From the NCBI RefSeq assembly GCF_964355755.1, contig NC_092670.1, positions 11,890,795 through 11,954,794 on the forward strand: a stretch of 64,000 nt of DNA, given 5' to 3'. The first letter of the stretch is position 1, and each line of letters begins with the position of its first letter. Shown here piece after piece: positions 41,101 through 53,687 of the stretch. This DNA comes from Antedon mediterranea (Eukaryota; Animalia; Echinodermata). The notes below the pieces were generated by a model, which saw nothing but the letters and a program-made list of their open reading frames with translations, ran no database searches and was not told the DNA's origin. The position numbers and the translations under genes were made by a program.

Positions 41101-44100
41101 CAGCTGTTGAGTCATAAAGTCATTTTGTTCAGGAACATGAACGGCATCACTGTTGGACTTAATAGCTGCATAGTTGGGTTGGTGCATTATCACAACAAAA
41201 GGTCACTAATGTAATCAAGCATAGTAAAATACTATTGAGGTAAACACTAAATTTAACTTATAAAATGTTGAACATGCCTTTACTAAAGTTTGCGGACTTT
41301 AAAATTTACCTTATAAACTCTAGACATGATTTCTGAAAGCTTGTAACATCTTTCGTGTTGTAACCACTCTTGTGTATTTACCTAAAAAAAAGTCAATTCT
41401 ATTTTCAACGTTTTTCCTTCAACAAATTTCTGGCATTCCATTTTGCAATATTTAATATAGTTATCTTCTGTCTCCCTATAAGGCTACAGTTTTTCACAAT
41501 TGTATTGGATATACAAACAAAAATTTAAACACTCCGATAATGGGTACATATAAGGATCTACTTTTGGTTAATAAAATCGAAAAAAATGTCCCAATGTATT
41601 ATTTACTATAGATGCTGCTGATTCACAAGATTTTGTAAATTGCGCCCCCTATGTTTGGATATTTTTTAAACAAATTGTAGCACACCCTCTATGGTTTGGC
41701 CATGCTTTTATAAAGTTTGCTTTAAAAAAATTCTGGTTAACAAATTGAACAAGAAATATTTCTTACAAAAAACGCTGCTCACTTATTGAAAAATATTTTT
41801 TATTTCAAATGTTTTTGAATGTGTCATTTTATTGTCACATAATAGTTATTTTACCTGAAAAAATGTAATTTAAAGCAACAAATACTTAAATTGTCTGTCA
41901 GACAATGGTTTAATGGTTTTTGGGTTTCTTTTCTTTTTACTCGGGGTACCCGAGTCTAGTACTTACTCATTTTCTCCTCCACCATCTGGACACTATTGAG
42001 TAAAAAGTGGGATTTTTAAAGTACTACTCCTCCCTTATTAGTTGTAGTATTGAGCTGGGATTTGGCATGAACATACTACAGGGACATGTCCTCAAAGCTA
42101 TAGAGCCGGATTTTTTATTTTTTGTTAATTAATTTGTTTAATTAAGAATCCACAATGTGTGACACACACCACAGCGTTATGTAGTTATATGGTTATATGC
42201 GGCTTCTTGGCTTAGTGGTTATCACGTTTGCTCAATACGCAGAAGGTACCTGGTTCGAGCCCGGGCTAAACCTTTTTTTTTAAACTTTATGGTGAAAAGT
42301 ACTGTATACGCAATATGATAATTATACACAGTATATCTTATTATTATTTTTTAAAATACTTATTTTGTGTAATCGGTAATTATCACTTTTACACATGTTT
42401 ATTTTGCTTTGTGCTTATTACCATTTATTTGTAATTTAAATGGATTAAAAAACTTTCTGTAACCCACAATTTCAATGTAAGAGGTTTCGTAGTGTAGTGG
42501 TTGTCAAGTCTGCTTAACACGCAGAAGGTCCCGGTTCGAGCCCTGGCGAAACCTATTTTTCTTTAACTTTCTAACTGTATACGTCTGTATACAGCTTCTT
42601 TCGCTGTACCCCGAGTATTGCACATTCGTGCTTGTTTTATATGTGAATAAATATTATTTTTTTGTTACAGAAGTGAATACTCAATTTCTGTCACTTTAGT
42701 TAATTTTATTGCTAAGGTCAAATCTGGGGGTCACTTCATCACCCTAGATATTTCAATTGTGAAGTATCCTATTACAAACACAAACTTTAATGGACTGTTT
42801 TGATAATAATTCAATGAATATCTGACAGTGAATATACCAGAAATGCTTAGGGATTTGTAATTTTAGCATGACATGTCCTAATAGACTCTTTCCCAGACGT
42901 TTTTTGGGTCTACTGTAGCAGCTGGAATCAATAAATCATAGTGGAGTTTCCATTTTCACAAAACTGTCTGTCCTTAGAACTATAACTGCTGCTTATATGG
43001 GACGTAGCGGGCTAGAGCAGCAGCGTGAAAAATGTTCTAATGTTACTTTAGATGCTGATTCCCAAGATTTTTTAAATAGTGCCCTTTATGGATGTGTTTA
43101 AACAAATTATAGCACACCCCCTATGGTTTGCCCATGCTTTTAAAAAGTCTCCTAATATTATAAGTTTTATTTTTCTGCAGTATATGAAAATTATTACAAT
43201 ATGATGACTAGCATACATTATACTTACAGGAGGTGTATTAAATATTAGTAAATCTGAACCTCTTATAGCTAAGTATTTGTGATTCCAGGGGCTTCTTTGA
43301 TTACTCGTCTGCCGCTCACTCACCCATCCCATATGGAGAATCTAAAAAAATAAAGCATAGCAAAGCATGAAATATAAGTGCGGTATTCACATAACATTCA
43401 GCAATAAATATTCAATTTGATTAAAACTATTTTCATAATAATTTTAAGATTATAGAATAAATTGGTACTTACTTGATCATGTGGCTTTAACAAATCATTT
43501 GAAATCTTCATCTGAAAATAGTAGAAAAAATAAATGGAAAATAGTTTTATAAAAATAATAACTTATATAATTATATGAAATAATGTTTAATAGTGGTTCA
43601 GTTCCCTGATCACTGCACTGATATCTTAAAGTGTAAGGTATATTGCCAAGAACTGTTTTCGACACCAACCTCTCGGACCAACCAGTATCTTCTCCTACCT
43701 AGCACAAGTCATTCAAACTTTTAATCAAACTGTTAACATGGTAAGTTGTTTAGGGCAGGCAGTGGTGGGGCTTGGTGGAATTGTAACCAGTGTTTATATT
43801 GTAGTTTTTTAGGAGGCTTGGTTAATTTTGGCCAAAATAGTGCGATCAAGGCTGATATAACAAACAAGCTAATAACTGCAACCTAGCTACATTGGAAATA
43901 AAAATACGTCTTACTGATTGTGCATTTAGAGTTGCAATATGTGCTGAGATTGTTTTGACCCAATCTTGCAGTTCTTTTTCATCCTCACATTGAAAAACAC
44001 CAGCGGCTAAGCCATCCATAGAACACAGCTCAAATGCATTAGGCCTACAACGAGAAAAATGTACAATGCGTTTGTGAATTCTGAAATTCAAAATTGATGA

Positions 44101-47100
44101 TTTTTATTTTTTTTTATATAATAACTGTAGTAAAAAGTTCATGTTACGAAAAGAAATGATACGTTGGAAAAGTCCCCACATAAGGGCATGGTTGCTGACC
44201 AGTCTATTATGGTACAGGGGTGTTCTAGGAACTTACATTTTTTCGTATCTAAGCCCTCCCTCTAGAGAGCATGGGCTATTATCGGTTTATCCAGGTAAGC
44301 TAGGCACGGAATAGAAAACTATCTAGACAGGGACGATTAGGGCACAGGTGGTAAATATACATAAAGACGTTGAAAAATGACCCACATAGGCCTACATTTT
44401 TATTGTAATTGTAAAAAAAATTTTTAAAACAAAATGAGATTATTATTATTGTAAATTATTTCCACCTAAATTGATAAAAAATAAGTTACCTAAGCCTATC
44501 AGATCCAAATTGATATCTTGATAAGCGAGCCATAAAAAGTGGAATAGAAAACAGATCTACCCAGGTCTTCTGAGGCTTTGGAGGGGATTCTCTTGTCTTG
44601 TCTGCAAGTGGCCTGGTCTGCAATGCACAATAAAAATGATTCAATAATATTAACAATGAGTGTAGTCAAAAGTTTGAGTGTGCAAAATTGGCGTTTGAGC
44701 ATGCAAAATTGAAGTTTGAGTGTGTTAAATTGGAGTTTGAGCGTGTAAAATTGGCATTTGAGCGTGCAAAATTGGAGTTTGAGTGTGTAAAATTGTAGTT
44801 TGGGTGTGCAAAATTGGAGTTTAAGTTGGAATATGCAAGATGTGGTTAACTACCTACTATCAGTAAAATATTTAAAAAGGCAATGCATGAAATGAATCTA
44901 ATACAAGATATCTATACTTATACACACTTATATTCAGTCAACTAACTTGCCAATGATATGGGAAACACACTTTTTAAACCATGTTGGTTTTGTGTTACTG
45001 CTTTTGGCTGTGAGAAAGTTCCTGTTGCAGTGACAGAGTTATGATTTGAGCCTAAACATAAGCAAGCATGTTATGCGCCAGGGTGTCATTACCACATACC
45101 TGCCAATTTGGATCTCCATTAGACTGACCAATCCTCTCATCTTCCTCCTCTATATCAGGTGGTTTTTTCACTAAAGAAAATAGAATTAACATGAAAATGC
45201 ATTATGTATGTTTGTACCTCTTAATCATGATACCTCCTGGTACCCAATAAAAAGGGAGGATATCATTGGAATAGTAGAATGACACACTATGGAAAAGTAT
45301 AGAAAAGCATGGACTAGCAATGCATCTGGACTAAACAAGTGATTTGACCAATCACAAGGAATATCTCTTTTACAGAAAGATCAATTTGCTAAGCATCATT
45401 TGTGATAAGTGAAACCACTAGGCTAAGTAATGCTATCTAAAACAAATGCTCACCTCCTTGACGTAGATAAGGCGTTGCCGCTCTGAAATGTCTGACAGTC
45501 AGGATAACTTCAGCACCAGCGTTTTTTAAAGCTGTAACCTTTACAAAAATATAAAAAAAATGTATCATTTTAATATTTTTACATAAAACATCCCTTTCTC
45601 TAATTTATGGGTATATAACTACATTAAAAATCAAATAGAAGACAACGTCGTTCAATTATGATATGATTTTCCATAATTTAACAATCAAGCACCGTACTCC
45701 TGTGAATGTAGCTTCAGCCTGAACCGTTTTTCCCTTCCGCCAATTTAAAGAAAAAATAAATAAGTCTAGTACTTACAGCATCATCGTGTGTGTTATTCTC
45801 AATGCTTATTCCATTTACCTGTAAAAACAATTGAGATATTTTCTATTAATAATACATTATATGATATAATATTTTCATAATTTTCAATTTAATTTTTCAA
45901 TAACCTTTACCCTAGTCACCTGCATACATGAATTCTTTCACATACAGTGTATTTCATTGAATTTGATTTTAGCTATTAATTATTTAAATACTTATAAATT
46001 AGTATTGCTGGTCAATAAACAAATATTACTATATTTGTGTTTGATAGAAAACACATAATATTATATTTAATTTTTCAATAACCTTTACCCTAGTCACCTG
46101 CATACATGAATTCTTTCACATACAGTGTAATTAGTATTGCTGGCCAATAAACAAATATTACTACCATATATTTGTGTTTGATAGAAAATACATAATTATA
46201 TTATATTTAATTTTTTAATAACCTTTACCCTAGTCACCTGCATACATGAATTCTTTCACATAGTGTTAGTAGTAGTATTTTGGCCAATAAACAAATATTA
46301 CTATATTGTGTTTGACAGAAAATACATAATTATAACACATGTATCTATGGTCATATTATATAAGATCCAGATTGTGGTTATTATGAAATATAATTTTTAG
46401 CAGCAGCTACATTAATACAAGTAGATTTTAGGGTTTAATAATGCATATTAAAATGGAATAGTAGGAGACGCACATCAACAAAAACATTCTTCTAATTTCA
46501 ATTTCACAAAGAAAGAAAAAAAATGTTGAAATTGTCATATACAATTATCAATGATTCAAACTACATACTTATATTTCAGTGTACTAGTTAATTTAAATCA
46601 ACATTTTAGTCTAAAAATTCATTTTAATAGCAAAAGTAGGTAAGAGAAACAGCCAGAGGCATACCTTGAGGATAGCATCGCCAACATATAGATTACCGCT
46701 GCAATCCGCTGTGGGAGAACAACAGAAAAACAGAATTTATTTTAAAATGAAATAGTAATCTATGGATTATATGTATAGATTGTGTAATACAATATTCATT
46801 TCATAACAATCCCGGTATTACTATAATGGTATTCCTCTTGCTGTTTTGATAGTTTCGGATTGTCTGATATTGATGGTGTTTCATTATATTCTACAAACCA
46901 ATCAGTTATTAATAAAAAGGACCCAAGCCTTTTCTATAGATAAAATGTACAGAATACTGCGGTTTTTTAAAATTGTAATCATTGCATGGAACCAGCCACA
47001 TACAGGATGGAAGATAATAATAAAATACTAAAAATAGTTACTTTAAAATAAAAAAAAAAATCTATAACAATCAAACGAAATATTAATATTTTCAACACAT

Positions 47101-50100
47101 ACATTACAGGGCTTAAGTAAGCCTTTAACCTGCAATGGATTTTTATATGGGGTTTTTTTAAAGAAAAAGGTAAAAAATCGTCATTAAGTGAAGCTACTGT
47201 GTAAAATCTTTTGGCCACCGTTTTTGCTAACTAAACTAGCTGACCTTTTGACATCAAAGAAAACTTACCTGCTTGCCCTTTGAATATTCTAGAAACTAAA
47301 ATTGGAATATTGTGCTCCGAACCTCCCTATAAAGACAACAAAAATGTATACAATTTCAATTTTGGAACAATGGACACAGTTTTATTATAAACAATTGTAT
47401 TAAACATATGATAATAACAAAAATCGAATCAGAATTAATCTCTGTCTACAACACTATCAAATGTTATGTGACCAAAAAATATGATGATGTCAGTCATATC
47501 ACTACCATATTTCGGCACATCACACTTGTTTTGTCAAACTATAGCTTTATTGTGTAGACAGAGTTTAGACTTTCCAGGCATGTAACCTCTGTAAACAAAC
47601 CTGAGATAGTTTACTGTTCCTTAAAATAAAATTGTCACTTTAATAAACTGAATGTACTGTATTAACATGTATTCTACAAACAACACAATCTATTCAATAT
47701 AGATTCTCAAAATCAGAATTTCCAGGTACCTAAACTTTGTAGGCTGCACTAGGGTATTGTTGTGAGATAGTTTAACAGTTTAAAATAAAATGAAATTCTT
47801 ACTTTAATAAATTAAATAAAGTATAGAAAAATGAAAATATGATACAATAAATGAAATGCAAGAAAACATGTTATATGTTTAAATTCCTCCGTGACTGATA
47901 TTCATCCCAGTCTTATTCCCTAAGGATTTAATAAACAGTTATATCTTCATCGACATCATACCAGCAACATCTAGGTTTTCAGACTACGGGCAATTTGACC
48001 GGTAATACACTCAGGTTTAATATACACCAAACATATTGCATTTCGTCTTTAATTTGTTGCAAATCTTTCCTTGTTTATTTTTCATTTATATTGATGCTTT
48101 CTAACAGGTATATTTCAGATAGCACTTTATCAATATAATCACATCTTCTTGGATAAGAAGGTCATGTTTGCAGTTACAGAATATAGAGCATCTTTCGGAA
48201 ATAAGGTACACGCTTAATAGGATTGTTCTGGAGGTTAGACATCACTGGAATCTCTAAATTATACACAATTACTTTTTAGTCGCTGGAAATATCTTAGTGG
48301 TCTTCATGAATTCTTAACAGGACTACTGCAGACCATTCAACGTTCCTCTGGAGTCTCTGGAAATCTTAAGAATGACTGGAACCTTCCAATATTAAGTTTT
48401 GAAAAATATGTTTTGTTTACAAATTTAATATTACCTCAAAAATTATAAAATAAATGTCCCCTCTTTTAAAAATAGACATAGACAATCAGCTACATAATCT
48501 TGTTTTTTTATTTCAACCTACTTTGATGCTCAGTCCAAGACCACCAACTTTCTGTCTTTTAACAACTACTGTCCGTTCCTTTAAAGAAAAAAAAAACATA
48601 ATAATAATAATTAAACTACATAAATAAATACTACAATATTGAGATCAAATAATCTTTAATATATGTATGTATATTTAATTTTCCTATTATCTTTTCCAAT
48701 ATCATTGACTGGTCATTTGATTAGAATATTTTTGAAATACAGGAATAATTAAATACAGTTCATATGTGAGCAAAAAATGAGGTCTCTAAAAATTGGACAG
48801 TCTACAATTGGAGGAGTTTTTATTGGAGAGGTCTTTATTTGGAAGTGTCTTATTAATTTGAAAGGTCTTATAGGAAGTGTCTTATTAATGGGAGAGGTCT
48901 TTAATTGGAAGTGGTTTATGGAGAGGTCTTTAATAGGAAGTGTCTTATTAATTGGAGCGGTCTTTATTTGGACGTGTTTTATTAATTTGAGAGGTCTAAT
49001 AAGTGTCTTATTAATGGGAGGTCTTTAATTGGAAGTGGTTTATGGAGAGTCTTTAATAGGAAGTGTCTTATTAATTGGAGAGGTCTTTAATAGGAAGTGT
49101 CTTATGGAGAGGTCTTTAATAGGAAGTGTCTTATTAATTGGAGAGGTCTTTAATAGGAAGTGTCTTATGGAGAGGTCTTTATTTGGAAGTGTCTTATTAA
49201 TTGGAGAGGTCTTTATTTGGAAGTGTCTTATTAATTTGAGAGGTCTTATAGGAAGTGTTTTATGGAGAGGTACTCTTTAATTGGAAGTGTCTTATTAATT
49301 GGAGAGGTCTTTAATAGGAAGTGTCTTATTAATTGGAGAGGTCTTTAATAGGAAGTGTCTTATTAATTGGAGAGGTCTTTAATAGGAAGTGTTTTATGGA
49401 GAGGTCTTTAAAAGGACGTGTCTTATTAATTGGAGAGGTTTTTAATAGGAAGTGTCTTATTAATTGGAGAGGTCTTTAATAGGAAGTGTCTTATTCATTG
49501 GAGAGGTCTTTAATAGGAAGTGTTTTATGGAGAGGCCTTTAATAGGAAGTGTCTTATTAATTGGAGAGGTTTTTAATAGGAAGTATCTTATTAATTGCAG
49601 AGGTCTTAAATAGGAAGTATCTTTTAATTGGAGAGGTCTTTAATAGGAAGTGTTTTATGGAGAGGTCTTGAATAGGAAGTGTCTTATTAATTGGAGAGGT
49701 CTTGAATAGGAAGTGTCTTATTAATTGGAGAGGTCTTTAATAGGAAGTGTCTTATTAATTGGAGAGGTCTTTAATAGGAAGTGTCTTAATAATTGGAGAG
49801 GTCTTTAATAGGAAGTGTCTTATTAATTGGAGAGGTCTTTAATTGGAAGTGTCTTATTGAGCGGTCTTTATTTAGAAGTTTTTATGGAGAGGTCTTTAAT
49901 TGGAAGTGTCTTATTAATTGGAGAGGTCGCAGTAGAAATCTTCAGAGTGCATGTCATTTAGAATGTATTGAATGTCTGAAAAATGTGTGAGTATAACACA
50001 TGAATAAAATATAAATTATCACTAGTTCTATTCATTGCTTCTTGATGCGTTTCAAGTCATCAATTTTATTTTGCACTTTCGAAGTGAGAGAGAAAGTAAA

Positions 50101-51134
50101 TACATAATTGAGTACAGGTAGAAAGATTTATACTGTTTCCTAAAAAATGTTGACAATCATGCTCTTAGGAATGTAGAGTGGATAAATATTTAGAATTATG
50201 TACTACTGCAACAAATAAAGTAATTTATTCTTCTTAGCAAAGATCATAGGATTTAAATCATAGATTTTTTGGCATAGAAATTCATGTTTTAACATTTTCA
50301 TCACAAGTTCAATTTCATAATTGTAAAGGTTATTTGATGTAACAAATGATTTAAAAAATTAATTTAACAAACCAATTTTCAAATGATAGTAAAAATAGTA
50401 CAAAGCTAATCTTTTCTTAAAGACGTTTTATTTCAATAAGGTTTGCAAAAAAAGAAATTTATAAATTATAGTTTTATCATTTCTGAGTACCGTAGATGCA
50501 CAGATTAGCTTGTATAGCCTAGTAGGGTAGTTTACAATGTATGTAAAATGGCAAGATATATATCACCATGCAGTGGCAGATCCAGGATATTTCACACAGG
50601 GAACGCTAAACATTTAATAGATAGATATCAAAAAGTACTTCATAATTTCATTTTAGCTGTCAAAGGAGGGAGCGTCCAGGGTGTTACCACTCCCTCCAGT
50701 GTTGTAGTTTTGGATGCTATGTATGCTTTGTATCCTTGGAATTTACAAAATACTCACCCTAGTAGAATCCAAATCTGAACCATTTGCCTAAAAAAACAAT
50801 TAATTATATTGAGTCCAATATACCAATTACAGCTGATGATATGAATTCATGTTAAATCTTTATGGTATTTTGTAAATATCAAATACACAAGTTAAGGATA
50901 CTATTTTGGCCGCGTTTATCGTACTTTTTGTCAAAAATCCTGTATCAGATTATATAATGGTTAATTTGATAGAAAAATATAATGAATAAAAAAAATCAGA
51001 CTCACAAGACGTTTGACAGCGTCAACATAGAGGAGTTCTTCTCTTTGGACGGTCAGAGTCTCAATGGACAACTGGACTTGAACCAACTCGTTGGCCTTGG
51101 TTGAACTCACCAAATTTAATAATCCTGTCTTAAC
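38132..51134 (-). CDS. SNTG1: Gamma-syntrophin (split PH1, PDZ, PH2, SU domains); 17 exons mapped, 489 aa without the first exon
   Basis: Minus-strand exons: 51134-51006, 50787-50758, 48578-48522 (ERTVVVKRQKVGGLGLSIK), 47326-47269 (GGSEHNIPILVSRIFK), 46708-46665 (LYVGDAILK), 45818-45777, 45538-45454, 45170-45100, 44617-44490, 44044-43915, 43511-43473, 43341-43228 (ILHMGWV...YLAIRGS), 41381-41310, 40918-40769, 39917-39825, 39142-39032 (LWTYKFSQLKSSSDDG), 38248-38132 (LLHCMHAFISAKLACLDPVF...TAG). Total 1470 nt, phases consistent. Probably co-orthologous to vertebrate SNTG1 and SNTG2. Confidence 0.93.
38701..38842. mobile_element. MITE family B, intact copy with TTA target-site duplication (PIF/Harbinger-type)
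   Basis: tta|agctctgactacactatcaaact ... agtttgatagtgtagacaaagct|tta, with internal inverted gtgatgtgccca / tgggcacatcac. Confidence 0.9.
38861..38969 (-). pseudogene. tRNA-derived sequence (SINE head or tRNA pseudogene)
   Basis: The minus strand reads ggagttgTGGCTTAGTGGttaagatgctcggttgccgatccaagggtcctGGATCCAAATCC, then a T-run: an A box and a degenerate B box. The ends are complementary (tggagttgt / acaactcca). Confidence 0.55.
39253..39744. mobile_element. Non-autonomous DNA transposon with about 50-bp TIRs
   Basis: at|agggaagttttgcaaccttacgaatacgataacgaaaacggatacgtcac ... gtgacgtatctgttttcgttatcgtattcgcaagattgcgaaaactccct|at. The apparent AT duplication could indicate ISL2EU, but the superfamily is uncertain. 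Confidence 0.85.
40038..40155. mobile_element. MITE family B copy
   Basis: taa|agctctatctacactatcaaact ... agtttgatagtgtagacggggct. Confidence 0.8.
41609..41730 (+). repeat. About 110-bp dispersed repeat; second copy at about 43049-43150
   Basis: tagatgctgattc.caagatttt.taaat...tttaaacaaatt.tagcacaccc.ctatggtttg.ccatgctttta occurs near both ends of the same syntrophin intron. Confidence 0.65.
42201..42272 (+). pseudogene. tRNA-Val-derived pseudogene (degenerate)
   Basis: ggcttcttggcttagtggttatcacgtttgctcaatacgcagaaggtacctggttcgagcccgggctaaacc followed by T8. A and B boxes are present, but the stems are mismatched. Confidence 0.7.
42483..42554 (+). tRNA. tRNA-Val(AAC)-like sequence, probably a pseudogene
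   Basis: Acceptor stem ggtttcg/cgaaacc, anticodon arm tctgc-ttAACac-gcaga, T loop ggttcgagcc and a T-rich terminator. There are mismatches in the D stem and T stem. Confidence 0.7.
44170..44301 (+). mobile_element. Partial copy of the element at 53688-53868
   Basis: Shares aggggtgttc...gggctatt.tc.gtttatcc.ggtaagct. Confidence 0.6.
44670..44825. repeat. 21-bp minisatellite, about 7 copies
   Basis: (agtttgagtgtgcaaaattgg)n with variants. Confidence 0.85.
45885..46335. repeat. Three-copy tandem repeat (about 140-180 bp unit)
   Basis: aataacctttaccctagtcacctgcatacatgaattctttcacata occurs at about 45899, 46077 and 46217. Confidence 0.9.
47438..47566. mobile_element. MITE family B copy (opposite orientation)
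   Basis: ctctgtctacaacactatcaa...atatcactaccatattt.ggcacatcac...gtgtagacagag. Confidence 0.75.
48778..49928. repeat. Intronic satellite, 34-bp unit built from two related 16-18 bp halves
   Basis: (ggaagtgtcttattaatt ggagaggtctttaata)n with interspersed 29-bp variants; about 1.15 kb in total. Confidence 0.95.
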
Positions 51135-52321
51135 CTGTCAAAAGAAAAATAGACAAATCATTCGAAATAGAAAGAATCTCTTTTTTAATACACTTTTCAA
51201 AAAACATTTTTGTTTAGCTGTAAATCTTGGAAAAAATCACTGGATTTAAAGACACCTATTTTTTTTATTGCATAATTGTACTCTATTTGCCAAAATTATG
51301 GAGGTGTGGGTATGCACAATTTAAGATTGGAACTACAGTACTGCACTGCATTCTCCCTATATCCCTATAGATACTGTATGTCCCAAATACTTCAGCTATA
51401 GAGTAGAGAAGAAATTATTATAAAGGCTAAAATGAAATAAAAATATACATCTATTATATCATATTACAATATGCAACTAAATTAAAATTCTACTATTCTC
51501 ATAAATTCTAGTACAGTATTACAGTCTAATCAATGATCGTCTCCAGAATGTCGCGACTGACACAACAAACCAGTAAAACAAAGAAACATGGGTAATAGTT
51601 ATTTAGCGGTTGTCTACGGTAGGTACTTTAGCTCACCTTATCAATTGTTCGAATCATGATCAATGGGGTCAGTACATCTACTATCTCAACTCAACTTACC
51701 ACCTTAACTACTAAATGTACAAATGCAAACTACACATATCCCATCCAACACAATAATCAAAGTGTAATAGCAGAGAATCTTTTCTCCATTCATTCATTAA
51801 GTTATTTATAACTGTTGATATCATATTTCAGTATATTCAGTGTCAGGAATATTGACTTTACCAAATTTAAGCTTTCGCATACGATGCTATAAGCTAGGAT
51901 TATTCAAATTCAAAGATTTGTTATAGATTTTAGATTTTAATTTTTAGGTTAATGTAATTAATAACGTGACAATGTGATTAATTTAAGTAAAATAATTATG
52001 CATGTTGCGCTTGATTAAATGGTTAATCAACTGAAGGATTAGTGTACAATGTCAAGATTTTTTTTTTCTCCAACTCACAAGTTTCCTGTGTTTAAACACA
52101 TCAATTACGACCCTATGGGTAGAGTAGCTACTGTAGTGTAGGATGTGAAAAAAAAGCGCTTTCAAGTTTCTTGGGTGGGTGCTTATTGGAAGATCTTAAA
52201 TTTAGACGAGTGTCCAAGCCCACCTCCACTTCAGAACATTTTCTACCATGGGAGCTTTAGTACAAATTTCAGTTGTTTAGAGTTAAGCTTGGTTCATAAG
52301 TGCAATGCAAGTAATTTGACC

Positions 52322-52643
52322 ATTTTGTATTTTTGTATCAATATTTGTCCTCAGTGAGGCCTTCCACGGACCCATGGCAGCCAGCAGTGCAGCGCCTACC
52401 AGATTAGGCAATGAGAGTTAAAGCATCTTGCCTGAGGATGCAATTAGTATGGTACAGATAACCTCGAACCCATGCCTATCACATGCTAGTCCGATATTAC
52501 CATTACACCATCACTCTCCAGTATATACAGCACCCGCCACAATTTCTAGACGGTCTCCCATCCAGAACGCAAACCGGGCCCAACGTTGCTTAACTTCGGT
52601 GATCTGACGAGAACCGGTGTTTCAACGCAGTATGGCCGTGATC
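52322..52643 (-). mobile_element. Chimeric SINE: 5S rRNA head, tRNA-like segment, CORE-like segment, A-rich tail
   Basis: On the minus strand, in order: a 5S-like segment (52643-52523); A box TGGTGTAATGG (52510-52500) and B box GGTTCGAGG (52470-52462); gcatcctcaggcaagatgctttaactctcattgcct; tail tacaaaaatacaaaa. Confidence 0.7.
52523..52643 (-). pseudogene. 5S rRNA-derived sequence (near full length, diverged 3' half)
   Basis: acggccatactgcgttgaaacaccggttctcgtcagatcaccgaagttaagcaacgttgggcccggtt...ggatgggagaccg...gggtgctgta matches the metazoan 5S rRNA consensus. There is no T-run terminator. Confidence 0.85.
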
Positions 52644-53687
52644 GTGATGTATATTATTCTTGCTTTTGTGCTTTTTAACACTATTTAATATATAATAGAA
52701 TTATTAAGACTGACGCTGTTTTGTCAAATGATGGAAAATGGTTCAAAGAATAGGTTTCATCTTCGACCTTTCTGTGAAACAGTGTGAACGCAGTTTTAAC
52801 TATGTACTGTAGTGTGTACAAGATATCTGTTTAAGCCTATTGCTTCAACAACTAAACTTGAGCACTTAAATGGATACAACATGTGTTGTCTTTCTTCATA
52901 ATTTCTCAACTATGACTACAATAAAAGAGTTTTATTAACCCACATGCCATGTTTCTTTCTAATGAAATTTTACGACCTCAAAGCTTAGTATTATTCAAAA
53001 GTTTATCTGAAATAATATATGGTTAAACATTTGTTTTGTACATGGCTTTTAAAGAAACAAGTCAAAATCAGTTGAGCAGTTTTGCTTTAGTTTTGAACAA
53101 TATTTCTTGTATCTATTTATAATTCTCCAGATAGAAATTTCATGCATGATTTATTCTACCTTTAAATCCTTAATTCCTAGTAGCCCAGTGGATTTATTTT
53201 AAGTATCTGGATAAAACACAGCTATAAACTGAAGCTGTAATCTATTCAATGTTAAACCTATCTTACCATCTGTTTGTGTAATTTTATGGTTTTGAGAATT
53301 GAGAAGTTAGGGGATTTCATCCCCTGAAACTCACCTATTTCAATAGTTATTCTTGTTATGTTGTGCTGTGTAAAGAGCAGTTTATAAATATAATATTATT
53401 ATTTTATTATAATCTGGAGAATTAATTAGCAATATGCCTGTACAAATAATTGTAAAAATAAAAGTTTAAAATGCAAAATAGAAATTGAACAAATCTTAAA
53501 TACTTTTCTAAAAACTCCAGTTGATCTGGACTTGGTCTTCAAAACCAGTTTGCGTGGAGCAATTTTAAATGCAACCCGTTTTCGGTCTCAATTTGACTTA
53601 AGTTCAGTAGATTTCTAAATGAGAAAATTTTTTAGTCAAAATTGCACAAACCAACAGTGGTTTTGGTAGTCTATGTATGACTGCTAC

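Larger units (their letters stand above)
41934..42637 (+). mobile_element. HINE/DINE-1-like element carrying two tRNA-Val-derived sequences
   Basis: 5' T-run plus hairpin actcggg-gta-cccgagt (41939-41955). The 12-bp subterminal inverted repeat tactcggggtac (41938-41949) / gtaccccgagta (42606-42617). 3' hairpin gcac-attc-gtgc (42620-42631) followed by ttgtt. Confidence 0.75.

Noticed and set aside
44499-44702. ORF-track translation DQATCRQDKRIP... as the syntrophin exon
   Set aside because: Wrong frame; the homologous frame reads TRPLADK...WVDLFSIPLFMARLSRY.
44947-45051. Possible extra syntrophin exon (AG...GT bounded, open in one frame)
   Set aside because: It is open only as phase 1-1 while its neighbours join at phase 0, and it would leave a 48-nt intron.
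48777-49990. Repetitive ORFs (MERSLIGSVLLIGEVF...)
   Set aside because: By-products of the 34-bp intronic satellite.
52523-52643. Functional 5S rRNA gene
   Set aside because: The 3' half has substitutions and indels around the internal control region, there is no T-run terminator, it is not in an array, and it runs into SINE-like sequence.
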